A stretch of DNA of 5,490 nt from a virus (Duplodnaviria; Heunggongvirae; Uroviricota; Caudoviricetes), in the IMG/VR virus record IMGVR_UViG_2703718772_000017; one strand, given 5' to 3'. The translations under genes were made by a program, and so were the position numbers. Shown here piece after piece: positions 5,132 through 5,490 of the stretch. How positions within the stretch are numbered: the first letter of the stretch is position 1; each line of letters starts with the position of its first letter. Under the pieces are notes generated by a model. The model made no database searches and was not told the origin of the DNA. It saw only the letters and a program-made list of their open reading frames with translations.

Positions 5132-5490
5132 ATGAGTAAAGTCTTTATTTGCGCCGCTATTCCTGACGAACTGGCAACAAGGGAAGAAGGCGCTGTGGCT
5201 GTAGCCACAGCCATTGAAGCTGGCGACGAACGCCGTGCTCGAGCAAAATTTCACTGGCAGTTCCTGGAACATTATCCGGCTGCTCAGGACTGCGCTTATA
5301 AATTTATTGTCTGCGAGGATAAACCTGGCATACCCCGCCCTGCCCTCGATTCATGGGATGCTGAATATATGCAGGAAAACCGCTGGGATGAGGAATCCGC
5401 TTCCTTTATTCCGGTCGAACCAGAATCCGATCCGATGAACGTCAATTTTGACAAGCTGTCCCTTGAAGTACAGAACGCGGTCCTGGTTAA
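5132..5490 (+). CDS. ydfE: YdfE-like protein, 5' portion (continues beyond the window end)
   Basis: ATG at 5132 (MSKVFICAAIPDELATREEG...) is open to the end of the window. The assignment rests on synteny after ydfD, not on sequence recognition. Confidence 0.5.
   Translation, partial: MSKVFICAAIPDELATREEGAVAVATAIEAGDERRARAKFHWQFLEHYPAAQDCAYKFIVCEDKPGIPRPALDSWDAEYMQENRWDEESASFIPVEPESDPMNVNFDKLSLEVQNAVLV

Overview
This window looks like the immunity, replication and cell-division-inhibition region of a Qin-like (DicA/DicB-type) lambdoid prophage from an enterobacterium, and appears more intact than the E. coli K-12 Qin remnant as I remember it. Gene names are assigned from remembered protein sequences and synteny, not from any search. 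The leftward operon runs dicC-like (cro analogue), a 173-aa gene in the cII position, then a replication initiator with lambda-O-like architecture (origin iterons and AT-rich tract inside the gene, DnaT-like C-terminus), then a frameshifted and amber-interrupted gene, then a translationally coupled 43-aa hydrophobic peptide, ending at an intrinsic terminator. The rightward unit runs dicA repressor, ydfA, an unsplit ydfB/ydfC-like gene, the DicF sRNA, dicB, ydfD and a truncated ydfE-like gene. The points most worth follow-up are a 66-aa antisense ORF in an AT-rich island between ydfBC and dicF, the disrupted gene plus coupled membrane peptide at the left end, and a 13-bp candidate operator repeated on both sides of dicA. 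No tRNA, rRNA, CRISPR array or IS element was seen.
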